Notes: generated from the letters alone by a model not told the origin. DNA of 64,000 nucleotides from Candidatus Limiplasma pullicola (GCA_018710985.1 DVIV01000005.1:1210-65209), one strand, 5' to 3'; numbered from the stretch's first letter, positions 42,632 to 51,487 are shown. Made by a program: numbers and translations.

Positions 42632-44668
42632 TTACGCTGCGCCCAGCGTCGAAAGACAGTCCTCAAGCGTGCTTTCATCGGCGAGGTAGGTCATGACCGC
42701 ATCTACGAGGGCCTGAAACGCGCCGTCATGCGCCTGGCTTTCGCACAGCAGGGGATGCAGCTGCAGATCCAGCCAGGGCAGCACCTGCGAGCGGTAGAGG
42801 TCGATGCCTTCCTGCGTGACCTCGTAGTTGGCGGGATGGTCCGCGTTGGTTCCCGTCGTTTCGGCCAGCTGTTCCAGTTCCGGGTATAACGCAGGGACGG
42901 CGCTTTCGGGCGAGAACAGCGCGGCATGCGTGGGTGAGCGGGTGGCGGCGGCGTGCTCCAGAAAGGCGAGGGCCGCCTCCCGGTTCGGGCTGTTGGGGTT
43001 GAGCACGTAGACACGCAGCTCCGTGGGCACGCGCTGCGGCGCATCGGCGCTTACCGACGGGCGCGGCACGGGGCGCGTCGCCGGTCCCGGGTCGGCGGGG
43101 TCGTGGCCGCGCAGGACGAGGCCGTACGCCGTCTCCAAACCGCCGCCGTCTCCGGCGGGCGCGTCCGGCGGCAGATTTGCTGCCCTGAGCGCCTCCAGCT
43201 CCGGGGCGAGCGCGTCCGCTGGCAGGCCGCCTTCCTCCATCAACAGCTGAACGAGCAGATAGCGCGCGTACTCTTCCCGCGTCCACGGCATGCGGTGGGA
43301 GGCGGCCAGCTCGGCAAAGGTGGCGGGCGGGGCGTCCGCGCCCTCCACGATTTGCCAGGCCCACACCACGGGCGTTCCGGCACAGGCCAGCAGCCGCCCT
43401 TCCCACACCAGCGCGTCCCGGAAGACCGGGGCCATGCCCTCGGCCTCGGCCAGCAGCGCATCTGACTCGATGGCGGGGAAGAAGCCGTCCCGGAGCAGGC
43501 CGAGCAGCTCGCCGTCCAGCCGCAGATAAAACAGATCGGTCGTATCGCCCGCACGGATGGCCTCGACCGCGTCGCGGGCGCAGAAGTGCCCGGTTTCAGT
43601 ACGGCGGGAGAGGACCATGCCGGGGTACGCCTGCTGGAAGCTGTGGTCCAGATCCCGCTCCAGTGATGGCAGGCCGCGAACGGTCAGCAAAGTCCGGGCT
43701 TCCTCCGGCCCATCCAGCGCGATCAGACGGATGCCGTCCACGCCCGCCGCCACATACCAGTCTCCAATCACGCCCCGGAAGCTGACCGCCGTGGGCAGAG
43801 CGCAGGCGCGGATAGGCTGCCAGCCCGCGCCGTCCCAGCGGGCGAGCGCGCCGTCCACCATGGCATAGAGCGCGCTGCGCTTCTCGGACCAGCAGATGCC
43901 GCGCAGGTCCGCGGGAGCGCCCAGCGCCTCCCGTACCTCGCCGGTGGCTGCGTCGAGCAGGACGGCCTGGCTGCCGCCGTCCGCGCGCCGAATCCCCAGC
44001 AGCAGGCCGTTTTGGTAAGGCGTGAGGCGCGTATAGCCCTCAAGGCCCAGGTCCTGCGCGCTGCCGTCAGTGATGTCCGCACACACAAGGCGCACCGTGC
44101 CGCTGGCCGTGTCGCCGCACACGAGGTACAGCGCCCCTTCCTGCCAAAACAGCGCACGCATGTTTTGCGTCAGTGCGTCGAGCGGCGTGTCCGCATAGTC
44201 CAGCATCAGCGAAAGGTCCTCCCCGGTCCAGCGCCAGAGCTTCCGCGCTTCGGTGTCCATGAGTAGCAAGGTGTCGCCCGTATGCACAAGGCGCGTACCC
44301 GGCGTGCTCAGACCGGCTTCACGCCACGCCTCGCTTGAAATCAGCACCTGGGGCGTCTCATCCTCCGGCCGCCAGGCAAGGAGCGAAAACCCGTCGGAAT
44401 AGTACAGCCGCTGTCCGTCCGTGGCGCCGCTGTACACCGAGCCGTCCATCTCGCGGCCGACGAAGCCCAGGCCGCGAAGCGCCGTCACGGCCAGCGCCGT
44501 GGCCGCCGCCAGCACAAGGACGATCACCGCTGCCACCACAAGAGAAATCCTTCGTTTCATGGGCTTTTCCTCCTTTGCTTTTTGCAGGACGGCGCCGGCC
44601 GTCCCTTCCGGGAGCCTGAGGCCGTCCACGTGGTGTGCAATCGCCTGCCGGATCACCTCATCCTTCAT
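42632..44668 (-). CDS. Putative anti-sigma factor: short cytoplasmic N-terminus, one TM, large extracytoplasmic domain with a solute-binding-protein-like C-terminus
   Basis: ATG 44668 behind GGAGG, overlapping the sigma gene's stop. TM ISLVVAAVIVLVLAAATALAV. C-terminal ..RVYVLNPNSPNREAALAFLEH... Confidence 0.6.
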   Translation of the reverse strand: MKDEVIRQAIAHHVDGLRLPEGTAGAVLQKAKEEKPMKRRISLVVAAVIVLVLAAATALAVTALRGLGFVGREMDGSVYSGATDGQRLYYSDGFSLLAWRPEDETPQVLISSEAWREAGLSTPGTRLVHTGDTLLLMDTEARKLWRWTGEDLSLMLDYADTPLDALTQNMRALFWQEGALYLVCGDTASGTVRLVCADITDGSAQDLGLEGYTRLTPYQNGLLLGIRRADGGSQAVLLDAATGEVREALGAPADLRGICWSEKRSALYAMVDGALARWDGAGWQPIRACALPTAVSFRGVIGDWYVAAGVDGIRLIALDGPEEARTLLTVRGLPSLERDLDHSFQQAYPGMVLSRRTETGHFCARDAVEAIRAGDTTDLFYLRLDGELLGLLRDGFFPAIESDALLAEAEGMAPVFRDALVWEGRLLACAGTPVVWAWQIVEGADAPPATFAELAASHRMPWTREEYARYLLVQLLMEEGGLPADALAPELEALRAANLPPDAPAGDGGGLETAYGLVLRGHDPADPGPATRPVPRPSVSADAPQRVPTELRVYVLNPNSPNREAALAFLEHAAATRSPTHAALFSPESAVPALYPELEQLAETTGTNADHPANYEVTQEGIDLYRSQVLPWLDLQLHPLLCESQAHDGAFQALVDAVMTYLADESTLEDCLSTLGAA

Positions 44669-45161
44669 CGCCGCCACCTCCTGTCAGTCTGTCGCGGAGC
44701 GCCGCTTCGGCCCGCCTGAGCCGGTGATGCGCCGTGGAGCGGCTCAAGCCCAGCGCCGCGGCGGTTTCCTCAAGGGTCATGTCCTGATAGTAGTAGAGGA
44801 CGAGCACCTGCCGGTACTTTTCCGGCAGGCGCAGGATGTCCAGAAACAGCAGCCTCTCCTGCGGTGGCACGCTCATGGCGGCGGGCGGCAGCTCGTCCAG
44901 CGCGCGCGTCAGGTCCACGTGGCGCGCCCATCGGCTGCGGCGCATGTCCCGGCAGACGTTGAGCGCAATGCGTATCAGCCATGTTTTTTCGCCCCGGCCC
45001 TCATAGCGTTCCATGAAGCGCCAGGCGCGCAGAAAGGTTTCCTGCGCCGCGTCCTCGGCTTCGCGCACGTCCAGCAGCGTCAGATAACACGTGCGAAGAA
45101 TCGCATCGCCGTAACGGGCGATCCATTCCTCCAGCCGCCGCTCATTGATGTTTCCGTCCAT
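44658..45161 (-). CDS. ECF-type RNA polymerase sigma factor (sigma-70 family, regions 2 and 4)
   Basis: ..DAAQETFLRAWRFMERY.. and ..YYYQDMTLEETAAALGLSRSTAHHRLRRA... AAGGAGG RBS. Confidence 0.85.
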   Translation of the reverse strand: MDGNINERRLEEWIARYGDAILRTCYLTLLDVREAEDAAQETFLRAWRFMERYEGRGEKTWLIRIALNVCRDMRRSRWARHVDLTRALDELPPAAMSVPPQERLLFLDILRLPEKYRQVLVLYYYQDMTLEETAAALGLSRSTAHHRLRRAEAALRDRLTGGGGDEG

Positions 45162-45237
45162 GGCGCGCGCCTCCTTTCATAGACATAGACGGAACGGAGT
45201 CCCGCTTTTTTCCAATGCAGGCACAAAAAAACCCTTC

Positions 45238-45265
45238 GCATTTTTCGGCGTGGGCTGCATAGATT
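45238..45265 (+). promoter_or_regulatory. Sigma-E-like promoter
   Basis: GCATTTT, 13 nt, CATAGATT, about 25 nt upstream of ATG 45289. Confidence 0.4.
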
Positions 45266-45288
45266 GAAAATGAGCGAGGTGACGCCGC

Positions 45289-45477
45289 ATGCCTGTGGAA
45301 AAATGCTACCCCTCCGGGAAGAATACGCCCCTGATGATTGTGGGGTATGCCCTTCTGGCGCTGGGGGTGCTGCTTTTGTTTCTGTGCATTCCCTGCTGGG
45401 CATGGCTGGCGCTGCTGGGACTGGGGCTGATTGTTGCGGGGGCGCTGCTTCTTAGGCTTAGCAAGGCTTGGAGGTGA
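45289..45477 (+). CDS. Small two-TM membrane protein (62 aa), unknown function
   Basis: GAGGTGA RBS. Contains ..LMIVGYALLALGVLLLFLCIPCWAWLALLGLGLIVAGALLL... Its stop lies inside the RBS of the next small ORF. Confidence 0.5.
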   Translation: MPVEKCYPSGKNTPLMIVGYALLALGVLLLFLCIPCWAWLALLGLGLIVAGALLLRLSKAWR

Positions 45478-45482
45478 GAAAA

Positions 45483-45563
45483 ATGTCGGTCAGGATGATC
45501 TGCGTGCGTGCGCCAAGGTTCTTAAGCGGCTTCTTTCGGCTGTTTCTGCGCAGGCGCGCTTAA
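45483..45563 (+). CDS. spoVM: Stage V sporulation protein M homologue (26 aa)
   Basis: Not in the ORF track. GGAGGTG lies 6 nt upstream. MSVRMICVRAPRFLSGFFRLFLRRRA, compared with B. subtilis SpoVM MKFYTIKLPKFLGGIVRAMLGSFRKD (from memory). Same length, shared P-[KR]-F-L-[GS]-G-x-x-R core. Confidence 0.6.
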   Translation: MSVRMICVRAPRFLSGFFRLFLRRRA

Positions 45564-45700
45564 ATGGCGCGGGTAAGCCGGCGGCGTGACTGCCCCGGAA
45601 AAGCCCGGAAAACCTCACCGGACGGCTTTGTACATCACCGGCGCACGTCCTTGCGAGCGGCCCGCAGGGCCGGGGAAGGGCGTGCGCCGGTTTGCGCCTG

Positions 45701-46699
45701 TCAGGGTTCGCGTGCGTCGATGGCGGTCAGCCAGGTCCTGCCGGTCTGGCCGTCCGAGTCCTGCCAGGCGGTGGTGATCAGCCAGGCAGGGAAAAAGGTC
45801 ACGCCATCGTCGGTGTGATAGGCGGGGCGGATGTCCAGCACCACGGGCCAGTGGGCGGGCAGCGCGCGCCCACGCTCGTCCTCGCGGGGAACCTGCCGGG
45901 TGCAGTCAAACTGTCCGGCCAGTTCCTCAAGCGCTTCCAGCGGCGCTTTCACTGCCCCGGCATAGGGCGCGGCGCTCACCTCGCGCGGTGCATAGGACAA
46001 AATGAATTCACGGATTTCTCCCGCGTCACCCACATAGAGGTTGGCGACGCAGCTGTGGCTCACGCCGTCCCCGCCCGGCCAGTAGCAGGGCGAAACGGGC
46101 AGGTCACGCAGGGAGAAGGCGAGCTGTACCCAGGTGTAGTCCAGCCGCGGGGTGAACCACTCGTCCAGCGTGCGCTGAACGAAGGCCTCCCGCGCTTCGG
46201 GAGCCTCGTTCAGCGCGGATTGCCGCGCCTCGTCCTCCGGACGCAGCGCTTCGAGAAGCTGCCCCTGCCCCAGCCCGCAGGCTTCTACAAAGGCAAGCGC
46301 CGTGTCGCAGGCCTGCCTGCGCGCCTCGTCCGTGTGGCCTGTGCCGGGGGAGAGGGGAGCGGCGTTTCCGGCTGCAAAGGCAGGACCGAAGCGCTCCAGC
46401 CCACCGTCTGACCAGCCCGCGCCGGTTGCGCGCATGGCCCGGCCGACAGCCGCCTCGTCCGGAACGACCCATTCCGTGGTCAGAATCGCCAGCTGCTCCG
46501 GCGCAAAGTCCGGCGGCGCAGGGCAGTCCACACGGAGGGTCAACGCCGTTTCACCGGTTTCCGGGCTCGTGCCCACGATGTCGCCCCGGAGTCGTCCGCC
46601 GTCCTGCACAACGCCTGAGGCATCGCGCACCTCCCCGGCCTGCGCTGCGCAGGGCAGCAGCAGACATAGAATCAGCATAGCCGCTTTGATGCGTTTCAT
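45701..46699 (-). CDS. Secreted protein, unknown function
   Basis: ATG 46699 (MKRIKAAMLILCLLLPCAAQA) behind AAAGGAGG. ATGA overlap with the upstream gene. Confidence 0.6.
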   Translation of the reverse strand: MKRIKAAMLILCLLLPCAAQAGEVRDASGVVQDGGRLRGDIVGTSPETGETALTLRVDCPAPPDFAPEQLAILTTEWVVPDEAAVGRAMRATGAGWSDGGLERFGPAFAAGNAAPLSPGTGHTDEARRQACDTALAFVEACGLGQGQLLEALRPEDEARQSALNEAPEAREAFVQRTLDEWFTPRLDYTWVQLAFSLRDLPVSPCYWPGGDGVSHSCVANLYVGDAGEIREFILSYAPREVSAAPYAGAVKAPLEALEELAGQFDCTRQVPREDERGRALPAHWPVVLDIRPAYHTDDGVTFFPAWLITTAWQDSDGQTGRTWLTAIDAREP

Positions 46700-47466
46700 G
46701 GGTCCATTTCCTCCTTTTCGGTGGGGACAGGCGCGGCGAGCAACGCGCTTTCCAGGCTCGCACACGCCTGGACGGGGTCGTAGACGGCCCATTCCAGACG
46801 GAGGGGAATCACGTCCCCGTCCGTGAGGGCGGGCAGGTCCGACGCGGCGATAAAGTCCGGGGGAAGCTGGATAGCCAGCATGACGCCGTCATCCTCTGCC
46901 TGCCAGGTGACGGACAAGCCGTCATCCGGCCAGCCGTCCCCGCCGCCGGGGCGGGTGTAGCAGGCGAAGCCATCCTCCAAAAGCACCGGAGCAGACACGG
47001 CCTCCTCAACGCCTTGCCCGTCCGCAAGGCGCACGCCGTCCTCCTCCAGCCACCCGACGGACAGCTTCTGCCCGTCCTGCGCCGCTATCCGAAGGGACAG
47101 CGTGAGCCGCCCTTCGATCCAGGCCGCGTCTAGCGCGGACACCTCCGTAAGCCGCAGGGCGGAAGCATCCGTCACGGATAAGGGGCGAAGGTGAAGTTCC
47201 GGCTGAACGCGTTCGCGGTTATGAAACAAGCGGTACGGGTTCGTCTCCCAAAAGGACAGAAGCCCCAGCTGCGCCGCAACCGCCGTGACGCAGACCAGCA
47301 GCGCCGCCGCCAACGCGGGGACAAGCCTCCGTATCGCGCGCCGGCGGGGCGCGGGCGCATCCGGCAGCGAGGCAAGCGCCTGCACGAGCCGCGCGCCTGC
47401 CTCGGGCGGTTTTTCCCGCACGGCCAGCCTGCGCATGGCCTGGTCAAATTCCCTGTCATCCATCAT
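46696..47466 (-). CDS. Putative anti-sigma factor / membrane protein
   Basis: Overlaps the sigma gene's stop (ATGA). N-terminal cytoplasmic segment, then TM LVPALAAALLVCVTAVAA. Confidence 0.55.
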   Translation of the reverse strand: MMDDREFDQAMRRLAVREKPPEAGARLVQALASLPDAPAPRRRAIRRLVPALAAALLVCVTAVAAQLGLLSFWETNPYRLFHNRERVQPELHLRPLSVTDASALRLTEVSALDAAWIEGRLTLSLRIAAQDGQKLSVGWLEEDGVRLADGQGVEEAVSAPVLLEDGFACYTRPGGGDGWPDDGLSVTWQAEDDGVMLAIQLPPDFIAASDLPALTDGDVIPLRLEWAVYDPVQACASLESALLAAPVPTEKEEMDP

Positions 47467-47933
47467 GAAAGTCCTTCCTCCTCGATGATCGCCTTGAGCC
47501 TGCGCCGCCCGCGGCTGAGGCGGGAGGCGGCGGTGCCGCGCGGTATGCCCAGCACGGCGGCGATCTCCTCCAATGGGTAGTTTTCAAAATACATCAGTTC
47601 CAGCGGCACGCGCTCCTTTTCGGGCAGACGCATCAGAAGCGGCGTCAGCTCCGGCTTCCGCTCCTCCCCGGCGGGCAGGTCGGGCCAGTCGCCGCGAAGT
47701 TCCACCCGGCCGCGGCGGCGCAGAATGCTGCGCGCCTCGTTGAGACAGGCGCGCATCAGCCACGCGTCGAACGCGTCCTCGCGCCGAAGACAGGCAAGAC
47801 GGCGGTAACAGTTGAGCACCGCCTGCGCGGCGGCGTCCTCCGCGTCTGCATGGCTGTGCGTGACGCATCGCGCCAGGCGCACCATGCCCGGCCACAACGC
47901 CCGCACCCGCGCCTCGAAGCCGCTTCTGTCCAT
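47463..47933 (-). CDS. ECF-type RNA polymerase sigma factor
   Basis: ..DAEDAAAQAVLNCYRRL.. and ..MYFENYPLEEIAAVLGIPRGTAASRLSRGR... Start set at ATG 47933 behind GGAGGGGGA. Confidence 0.8.
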   Translation of the reverse strand: MDRSGFEARVRALWPGMVRLARCVTHSHADAEDAAAQAVLNCYRRLACLRREDAFDAWLMRACLNEARSILRRRGRVELRGDWPDLPAGEERKPELTPLLMRLPEKERVPLELMYFENYPLEEIAAVLGIPRGTAASRLSRGRRRLKAIIEEEGLS

Positions 47934-48070
47934 GCCGCCGTCCCCCTCCTGCCGCTTGGTTCGTTTGAAGGCCTTCACCTGATAGACGCGCGATCGGATG
48001 GAAAGTTTGCAAACAAAGGAAAAAAGTGCGGCCCCGGGAAAGGGGGCCGCACGAAGATGCGGAATGACCG

Positions 48071-49792
48071 CTATTCCAGCCAGTCCAGCTGCGCCTCGGT
48101 GGCGGCGATAAGCACATCCGCCGCCTTCACATAGCCGTCCTCAAGGCCGACGGTGAGCGCAAGCCAGTCCATGGGGCCGTCCGCGACGGCCACATGGAGC
48201 CAGCCGCCCTGCTCGGCCAGCACGCGCAGGCGGGTCCCTGCGGGCAGGTCCGCGAGGGTTTTGTCAAACCAGCCAGTCCCGGCCTTCAGTGCGGTATCCA
48301 CGGTCGCGGTCGCCATGGGCGGCAGGGACGATTCGTTTTGCAGGGGTTCCATGCTGCACACGGAGCCGGGATACGCCACATAGATGCCGCTCATGTAGCC
48401 CTCGGTACGACCGATGCGCACATGATACCAGGGGTAGGGATCGCCGGGCAACTCCTCCAGGACCTCGACGGTCACGCCGCTGAAGTAGTCGCCCAGAATG
48501 TCCGAACGTGTGGAGGTTTCCCGGCGCAGCCGCACACCCGTCACCACGCCGAGGCCGTCGGGCAGAACGTCGCCCTCGGCCTCATAGAAGGCGGCTTCGG
48601 TGCGGGGAAAGGCGCTGATGTCCCAGAAGTCCAGGAATAGGGGCAGGAGGACCGGGGTATAGCTGACGGTGGCAGCCTGCCCGGCGGAGGCGCGGCTGGT
48701 CATGCGGTACCAATGGCAGCTGACGCCCGCGTCGCCGGTTTTGCTGTCGATCTGGAAAAACGCGCCTGTATCGGCGTTTTCATAGACGTAGCCGTTGAGG
48801 CGGCAGTAGCGCAAAGTATGGTTTTCGCTGGCGGCGAGGGCGATGGGGGTGACGGAGAAAACTTCGCTCTCCGCATCGGAGATGGGATAGCGCAGCTCGA
48901 ACGCGCCGCCGCCCCCGTAGCGCACGGTCACCTCGCGGCCGGGAAGCAGCGCCTTGTCCCCCACGGGCAGGAAGAACCAGCCGTCCGCACCATGCCAGAG
49001 GGAACACAGCATCCGCTCCTCCCCTCGCTCAAACACAGTCAGTCCCGTGCTTTCATGACCTTGCCGCACAACGTAGGCGCCGCTGCCGGGCGTCCAGCCG
49101 GACAGGTTGGGGTTGGAGAGCGCGGAGGCCAGCTCCGGCGGCGTTTCCCCGGAAAACTCGGTTACCTGCACGTCCTCCAGGGGATAGGTGCGCACCCCCT
49201 CCGAGGGCTGGGAGACAGGCTCCGGGACGAAGCCGTAGCTGTCCAGCTCCTCGTCGCGCCACTGCGCAAGCGCTTTCGGCCAGGCGGATTCCGGGCCGTA
49301 GCAGGACAGGAAGTATTCGTTCAACGCCTGGGCGGGGGTGAGGGCGCCGCTGCTCAATCCCTCCGCCAAAGCCGGGGTGGGGGTCACGCCCCATTGCGCG
49401 AGCCACTCGGCCATTTCGGCGCGGGCTGCCGCATCCCAGCGGGTAAACCAGCCGTTTTCACGGGCGGCATACAGCCCCTGCCGCACGCTGTTTTCACCGG
49501 GGTAGTTGGGATAATCCGACGGAGCGCGGAAAGGCGAGGTGCCGGACCGTTCGCCGTTTGCCGCCTGCACGACGGTGTACTCCCATCCGGGATGGTTGAA
49601 AAAGGTCACGGTCACGCCTTCGGCGGTTTCCTCCACCTCGAAGGTGAAGGCGTCCGCGTCCTCGGCCGTGTAGCCGTACACCTCGGTGAGGCAGATGGAG
49701 GCATAGGCGACGGCGTCGTCCGCGGGGGAGGCGGCGAGGACCGCGCAGGGAAACAGCAGGCATGCAGCCATCAGGCACAGCAGGCGTTTCAT
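48071..49792 (-). CDS. Secreted protein with C-terminal SH3b-like domains
   Basis: Signal peptide MKRLLCLMAACLLFPCAVLA. C-terminal ..VRLRRETSTRSDILGDYFSGVTVEVLEE..WYHVRIGRTEGYM.. and ..GTRLRVLAEQGGWLHV... Confidence 0.65.
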   Translation of the reverse strand: MKRLLCLMAACLLFPCAVLAASPADDAVAYASICLTEVYGYTAEDADAFTFEVEETAEGVTVTFFNHPGWEYTVVQAANGERSGTSPFRAPSDYPNYPGENSVRQGLYAARENGWFTRWDAAARAEMAEWLAQWGVTPTPALAEGLSSGALTPAQALNEYFLSCYGPESAWPKALAQWRDEELDSYGFVPEPVSQPSEGVRTYPLEDVQVTEFSGETPPELASALSNPNLSGWTPGSGAYVVRQGHESTGLTVFERGEERMLCSLWHGADGWFFLPVGDKALLPGREVTVRYGGGGAFELRYPISDAESEVFSVTPIALAASENHTLRYCRLNGYVYENADTGAFFQIDSKTGDAGVSCHWYRMTSRASAGQAATVSYTPVLLPLFLDFWDISAFPRTEAAFYEAEGDVLPDGLGVVTGVRLRRETSTRSDILGDYFSGVTVEVLEELPGDPYPWYHVRIGRTEGYMSGIYVAYPGSVCSMEPLQNESSLPPMATATVDTALKAGTGWFDKTLADLPAGTRLRVLAEQGGWLHVAVADGPMDWLALTVGLEDGYVKAADVLIAATEAQLDWLE

Positions 49793-49822
49793 GCAAAGAT
49801 CACTCCTTTGACGGCGATGGGG

Positions 49823-51397
49823 TTAAATGGCTTTGAGGGGATTGCCATACAGAAGAACGCGAAACACGGGTTCCACCTGCACGTCGAACTGACGCAGGGG
49901 CTGGCCGTCGCCGTTCAGGCTCCAGGCGGTGATGTAGCGCCGGCCGTCCGGGTTCATGCCTTCGCCCAGGTACTTCATGGCCCCGGCCTCCTTCGCGGCC
50001 GTCGGCTCCACCCGTGCGGCAAATTCCTTCAGATAGGCAGACAGGCGGGCGTACCAGTCCTGATCGTGATGATCGGGCGAGGCGCAGGCAATGGCGCGGT
50101 CACGTCCGCGCGCGACGGCGCCGTTGCGCAGGGAAATCATATGCCCTTCTCCATCCACGGACAGGACAAGCTCCGATTCCCCGTCGCTGCCCAGGACCGT
50201 CCATCCGCCGCCGTCCGACGGGGAGGCGCTGAAGGCGAAGCCTGCGGTGTCCTGGTTCAGGTCGGCGCTCTGCCAAAGGGCCTGAGCATAGGCCACGGCG
50301 GCATCCTTGTTCTCAAGCGCTCCGGGCCGCGGGACCTGCGGCGCGGAGGGAATGGCGGGCACGGGCAGGTATTCGCCGGTGGCAAACGCGCCCACCAGCG
50401 CCATGCATGCCAGCAGCACGGTCGCTGCCGCCAGCCGGCGCCGCACGCGCGCGCCCCCAACGATGGAGGCGACGCGCATCTTGAGCCTGGAACCGGCCAT
50501 GGTCATGCCCGTGGCCAGCACGCCTGTGCCGGGCGCGTCGCGCCGGGCAGCGGCCAGTACCAGCACCGAGGCATACGCCCTGCGCTGGCGCGCGTCCATG
50601 CCGTCGGTGACGCGCTCGTCGCAGGCGAGCTCGCCGTCGGTGCGGCTGAGACGGGCAGCCAGCCATACCAGCGGATTGAACCAGTGGAGGACGCAGCAGG
50701 CCAGGCGTACGAGGCCCCACCAGTGGTCGCGTCCTCGATAGTGGCACAGCTCATGCCGGAGCACCTCCACGGCCTCGGAGGGCGGGAGGGTGAGCGGCAG
50801 GGCGATGTAGGGCTTCACCACCCCCACCAGACAGGCGGAGGGCAATGGGTCGGTGAAGTAGACGGGCAGGGGCCGGATGCTCATCCGGCGGCAAAGGGCC
50901 TGATACTGCTCCCTGAGCTGCCCGGATATGGGTTCGATACGCCCCCGGCGCAGCAGCAGGCGAAAGCGCACGTTGCACAGGACGAACCATCCCGCGACCA
51001 GCGCCGCGCCCATGGCGTACACCTGCATGCCCCGCAGGGCCAGCATGCCGTTGTAGGACGCGTCCACGAGATCGTCAAAAACCCGCTCCTGTACGGAACC
51101 GTTCATGGCGGCCTGATGCAGGTCTTGCGCCGCATCCGTCAGCCGCACCTTGATCTGCCCGGCGATGGGGCGGATGGCATCGTCCAGGGCAAAGGGCGAG
51201 CGAATTTCATTGATGGCGGGGTTGGGCAAAACCAGCGGGCAGAGAAGCCTCAGCGCCACCAGCAGCCACAAGAAGCGGATGACGCGGCTGCCCAGCTGGG
51301 GCCGCAGGAAGCGGCGGATGGGCAGCATGAGCAAAATGGCGATGCTGGCCATCAGGTTGGCTTCCAGCAGAAAGTTGTAGAGGGTTGCGGTACGCAT
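49823..51397 (-). CDS. M56-family (BlaR1/MecR1-like) membrane metalloprotease with a non-PBP extracellular domain
   Basis: HELCHYRGRDHWW zinc motif within a multi-TM N-terminal half. The C-terminal ~200 aa lack recognisable penicillin-binding motifs. ATG 51397 behind AAAGGAG. Confidence 0.75.
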   Translation of the reverse strand: MRTATLYNFLLEANLMASIAILLMLPIRRFLRPQLGSRVIRFLWLLVALRLLCPLVLPNPAINEIRSPFALDDAIRPIAGQIKVRLTDAAQDLHQAAMNGSVQERVFDDLVDASYNGMLALRGMQVYAMGAALVAGWFVLCNVRFRLLLRRGRIEPISGQLREQYQALCRRMSIRPLPVYFTDPLPSACLVGVVKPYIALPLTLPPSEAVEVLRHELCHYRGRDHWWGLVRLACCVLHWFNPLVWLAARLSRTDGELACDERVTDGMDARQRRAYASVLVLAAARRDAPGTGVLATGMTMAGSRLKMRVASIVGGARVRRRLAAATVLLACMALVGAFATGEYLPVPAIPSAPQVPRPGALENKDAAVAYAQALWQSADLNQDTAGFAFSASPSDGGGWTVLGSDGESELVLSVDGEGHMISLRNGAVARGRDRAIACASPDHHDQDWYARLSAYLKEFAARVEPTAAKEAGAMKYLGEGMNPDGRRYITAWSLNGDGQPLRQFDVQVEPVFRVLLYGNPLKAI

Positions 51398-51446
51398 GGC
51401 GGACAAGCTCCTTTCGTGGCTCTGGTCTTTCGCATGTTGCCGACAA

Positions 51447-51487
51447 CTGTCTACCTACAGAATACACCTGTCTACCATCCATGTCAA
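51447..51487 (-). promoter_or_regulatory. Sigma-A promoter (TTGACA-17-TATTCT) overlapped by two 9-bp direct repeats spaced 12 bp apart
   Basis: -35 at 51487..51482, -10 at 51464..51459. CTGTCTACC occurs at 51447..51455 and 51468..51476 (GGTAGACAG in gene orientation). Confidence 0.6.
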
